A stretch of DNA of 64,000 nucleotides, taken from the NCBI GenBank assembly GCA_002269645.1, contig NIVC01002590.1, positions 1 to 64,000 on the forward strand, in the 5' to 3' direction. The position numbers and the translations under genes were made by a program. This DNA is from Macrostomum lignano (Eukaryota). The notes below the pieces were generated by a model. It was not told the origin of the DNA, made no database searches, and saw only the letters and a program-made list of their open reading frames with translations. Below, in pieces: positions 1 through 64,000 of the stretch. Every line of letters begins with the position of its first letter. The stretch's first letter is position 1.

Positions 1-95
1 GGTGAACTGAAGCAATCAGAGTTAAGTGTCTTGCTTAAAGACACAAATTGTTCTAAGTGGATCGAGAATCGAACTCCGACCTTTTAGACCTTTTC
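1..95 (-). mobile_element. Partial tRNA-derived CORE-type SINE (same family as 29188-30355), cut by window edge
   Basis: Reverse complement (aaaaggtcggagttcgattctcgatccacttagaacaatttgtgtctttaagcaagacacttaactctgattgcttcagttcacc) closely matches 30110-30196. Confidence 0.8.
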
Positions 96-101
96 TCTCA
101 C

Positions 102-59725
<59,624 letters not shown>

Positions 59726-60032
59726 TTGGCTAGAAATTTTCATGGTCTGACTGCTTTGAACATTGCAATAGGCACAATTCAGAAATGAAAAATATACATG
59801 TATTACTGTGATAAAAGTACATTCTTTGCCCTTAAAACAATAAAGTCTACTTTTTATATATTTAACATTGCTAGGACAGTCAGAAAACTAGAGTTTATTT
59901 TTCTTTTAAAAGAGAAATAAAGTTTTAATAATTACTGTAAGTTTCAGGTTTATGAATACGATCACAAACATAGTCATGACTAATGTTTAAATTTTGTTTT
60001 CATCTAAGTCTATAAATGAATACAAATTAATT

Positions 60033-63000
60033 CCTGGTTAAAAATAATTCTGTCTTTTTGTCCAATTTTTGTCCGTTTTCTGTCCATTTTCTGCGGAAAA
60101 GCCTCATAAACGGACCAGGAGAGTCAAAAGCGGATATTTTTGTCCGTTTTTTTCACTTCCGGAAAAAAACGGATACCAAAGGGAACTAAAGCGGACTTGC
60201 GCTTTAAACGGAAATAAAAGTGGACATAGAAGTGGACAAGGGCAAAGAAAGTTTAAGCCACCGTCCGCTTTTATTTCCACATTCTTGTCCACTTTTTAGT
60301 CCACTCTGTAAGGACTTAAAGTGGGACAGAAAAGCAGACAAAGACGGACTTAAATTTTGAATCTTTTTTGTCCCCTTTGAGGTCCGACTTGCTGGCCACT
60401 TTATGTGGACTTTTTGTTATAATGTAACGTGATGTATTTTAACGCTACCGTAACGCAACGTACTTACTTAATAAACACATGTAAGCCATATCACTTTCTA
60501 GCCCATTAACTAGATTTATTCCGGTGTCTATACCTAAGCATTGACTTATTTAAACTTCAAGTTATAAGGCACAGACTTCTGTATGAGTTCTTCTACAGCT
60601 TGCAATGAACTATCTAAGCTACATAATGTAACCTGCACACCTGTTTGTTTCAAATGTTTGTGGGCCTAATATGGACCACTGGTCCCATGCCGCAACCTGT
60701 TCAATCTGTTCGGCTCTTGTGGAAGAGAGCCGATTGTTGCGTGTTGAGAACAATCGGCTTCGCGAATCAGGACACTCGTCGCCTATATTTAACACCGGTG
60801 CGACCGTGAGGTTTCATCGTGCCATGGTTGCCTGCGACATACTGCCACCTACGCAGGTAGTTGAGACAGCATGGCCATTTGAATCGCACAATCAAAGCAG
60901 ACCAGATCCGTTGGCGTCGTCCACCAAGGCCCACGGCTCCGAGACCCAAGGCCCAGTCGCTGACGATGACGGCTCCGAGAGCCAAGGCCCAGTCGCTGAC
61001 GATGACGGCTCCGAGACCCAAGGCCCAGTCGCTGACGATGACGGCTCCGAGACCCAGGAAATGGATTCCAAAATCTAATAAATTTATGTCCTCCGTCATT
61101 CCGAAATTCGGTGATGGTGTTTCAGCAAGCATGCATGACGGCACAAAAGAGAGAAGACGCAGACAATCTTTAACGCGTCGCCTATACATGCAGCGCAGAC
61201 GGGCTTGCACGCCTATACATGCACGCCTATACATGCACGCCTATACATGCACGCCTATACATGCACGCCTATACATGCACGCCTATACATGCAAGCCTAT
61301 ACATGCAAGCCTATACATGCAGCGCAGACGGGCTGAGTTCGCTCTACGCATCGTAGATGGCGTAGAGCGGACGCTTCGGCTGCACCCTCTTCTCGGCCTT
61401 TTCGACGCACCGGCTAGAGTGGATGCTTTCGGAATGAGACGCTGCGCGGCAAGGTAATGGTCTACTAAAGCACATACGCAATTTGCCTTGCACCTTTGCT
61501 ATTCGATAAAGGTGCTATATCGCGACCACGAGTCAGGAGGGTGGTGGAGGCCGGCGTTTCCCCGTTCGTGTTTCGCGGGCCATGCAGCGAGAAGCTGCAG
61601 AGCAGGGCTGCACCCAGGCCTCTGTTCGCAACATGATGGACACCCTGACACTGGTCCAGGTCCGACAAGAGACACATGCCGGTCCGAACACAGACACGCT
61701 CGGTGTGCGTTGGCTTTCGCCTCTGGCCGCGATAGCCGGTTTCGACTTCATCCGGTCCTGCCCTCCTTGCTACCTGCATCAGCTTTTGTCGGGGACGCTG
61801 AAGCGGATGCTGGTGCAAATGTTTCTCCCTACTTGGGACAAACCAGAGAAGGGCCCATCCAATTGTCCCAACCTGCACGGGCGCATCGACGACGTTAACG
61901 AGCGTTTGCGAGCAATTGTTGTGCCCAGGTGATCATGTGATCACTGCTCATTTCTCAGGTTTAGTCAAAATACTACCTAGAATTTCGCGGGGACTTGCCT
62001 CTCATTGAAGGTCTGTGCAGCGGCAGCAGGTACGGCCGTTGTCGGAGATTCGACACTTCCGTGGCCACGAGTATGAGATGTGGTAATTTGCACTGGGTTT
62101 TCTAGCTCTGCGCGGCATCCTAGAGGAGACCCATTACCAACATCTCATGCCGCTGTCGACCGCTTTCTTCTGCTTAAACACTGGAACGTGTGCCCATTGC
62201 CGAACTGGCACACGTCAGACAGTCGCTTCTGTACTTTCACAGGAAGCTGCCTAGGCTGTACTCGCAGCGCGCACTGACATACAATGCGCACCAGGTATAA
62301 ATGCCCTTCACTAGTAATATTTTTAGGCACTGGTTTTCAGAGAAGTATTTCAACCATGGATAGCCTGCTCGCCTGCTTTTCAGGTGTGCTGGCATACGGT
62401 GCAGCACGCAATTCTAGGCGGACCAGTGCATCTGCTGTCCACAGGCCTATTCGAGACTATGCATTCGCGAATTAAAACTCGATTACACGGTACGCGGATT
62501 GACGTCGAGTTGGTGCGCGCCATCGAGCGTGACGTCGCATCAGCACAGGTTTGCCAGTCACTAGAGCTGTATTGGACCAAAAAGTTTCTCGATTTAAAAA
62601 AGAACACTTATGTACTTTGCCTGGCTAAACAGGGAACCGTGGAACTCACTTTAATCTATTTTAATCTTTCAATTTAGAATCGCGGCTAACTCCAAGATGC
62701 CGGCCAGACTACGAAGGACCCGCGAGGCAAAAAGAGGTAGTCGTCGTGCCCTCCCGGTTAGGACCGATTGTGCTTCGACGACCTAGGACGATGACGACTG
62801 GGTGGAGAAGCGCGTCGCTGCCATCAGCCGTCTATGTTGAGGCGTGGCATCCCATCGCAGGAGGACGTCTGAACTCTGAAGACTTCATCCAGCTTCGTTG
62901 CTGTACAGGCGGATACTGAACCGATGGACTTCGTCTTCGGCCGCACACATAGTCTGGAATATGGTGGCAGCGACGTTGTTCGCGTACTTCTAGAAGTACT

Positions 63001-64000
63001 CCCGGTGGAGCCTGGCGTCGATCCCCTGCAGGAATTGGCCAACGTTAGGTCGGACTCTGGGGAACGTGGGTGCCGCAACGCAAGTTTTCGGCTTCTGCGG
63101 ACGGACCCCTTTGCCGACCTGCAGGCATTTGGCCCCCTAGTGCCCTTCAACGTCAACACAATCGTTGGTGTTTGCGCCGTCAGTCCCACGGCCATCGCTC
63201 TGCTGCCTCACTTGCAGTTAGGCTTCTCATGATTAAGAATAATGACAGTCCAGACATAGATATCCCTCTAATATATAGGTTACTTTTTCAGGTGGTAACA
63301 AATTCTCGGGCCAAAATCAGCGATGGTTCCAGGAAAGGATTCCATCTGAATACTATGATTCCTGTAATCCACTCTTCAGGCAGCTTCTCACTGTCTGTCC
63401 TTGTGTATGCTAATTTTGTAAGCGTTCGCTCGAGACTCCGCTTTTTTGCAGACTACTTCGTTTGCCTACAATCCTACATCATGTGCGTACTGACGATTGA
63501 TTGATTTTTGATTGCTTGAAAATATTGTATCCTTCGTTTCATTTTGTACTTTCCTTTGCCAAATAAAACCAAAAGTATAACCAAAAAAATTTGCTGCTAC
63601 CACAGTTATTTAAATAACTATAGGAACCAATATTAGGGATCCTTTAGTCTGGGAATAGTCTGGTAAGTTAGAGATTAGTCGGGCAGATTAGGCCCGTACA
63701 TGGGAACTCGGAATCCGTAGTATACATATCGCACTTTGCACTTGCGCTGCAAATCCTTTGATCTTGCAGTCCCGACAGATGGATCACTCGTCCAGTGACT
63801 CGGGAATTAACTGGAGCAAATTATTCGACTCCTGTGCCACCCCAGCGACTGGGAGCCGACAGACAGCGACAGCAAAGGCTCCGAAACAGACGTTGAGGAT
63901 CTGCGCGCGGAGCTGTCAGCTAAACGACCCCGAAACGTTTATTCACTCGTGGATTACAACTGCTTACCGCCTGCGCCTCCCGCCCAATACGGCACCAGAA
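60033..64000 (+). mobile_element. Element 2: relative of element 1 (CMC/EnSpm-like), extends past the window end
   Basis: GTCC/GGAC subterminal array at 60050-60415 and a transposase clearly homologous to element 1; a probable ORF2 start near 63780. Confidence 0.8.
60671..63232 (+). pseudogene. Element 2 transposase, intron-containing, internally deleted and disrupted
   Basis: LHPLLGLFDAPARVD; FDFIRSCPPCYLHQL; GHEYEMW*; LTYNAHQ|VCWH; STGLFETMH; VLRRP...GW. Introns at 61929-62010 and 62295-62383, probably also from 62549. The region carrying the first catalytic Asp (DG) is missing at the 14-nt repeat. Confidence 0.8.

Noticed and set aside
62549-62677. Third element 2 intron with exact boundaries
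   Set aside because: The donor and a pyrimidine-rich acceptor are present, but the phases do not reconcile with downstream homology. It is treated as probable only and not used as evidence.

Overview
Eukaryotic (animal) genomic DNA. GC-rich exons, poly-Gln/Ala tracts, (GACA)n/(GATA)n microsatellites and minisatellite-filled introns suggest a Macrostomum-like flatworm (inference). The backbone is one minus-strand ATR (PIKK) gene: I traced 28 coding exons by hand from about 59725 down to 102, covering the N-terminal HEAT, UME and FAT regions; the kinase domain would lie beyond position 1. Its 25.2-kb intron (3667-28848) hosts a complete 6-exon TOX-family HMG-box gene on the opposite strand. A second large intron (35377-49223) holds a three-level nest: a small J-domain (DnaJ) gene cassette, interrupted by a truncated Ty3/Gypsy element, which is itself interrupted by a ~7.2-kb two-gene CMC/EnSpm-like DNA element (DDE transposase plus a BEN-like protein, with GTCC/GGAC subterminal arrays). 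A second, intron-bearing relative of this DNA element begins about 310 bp upstream of the ATR start codon. Most ATR and TOX introns above ~250 nt carry their own tandem array; one amplifies an ATR exon/intron junction about 31 times and another amplifies the A-box of a CORE-type SINE about 49 times. Most long ORFs in the supplied track are artefacts of these arrays. All homology calls come from remembered motifs, not database searches.
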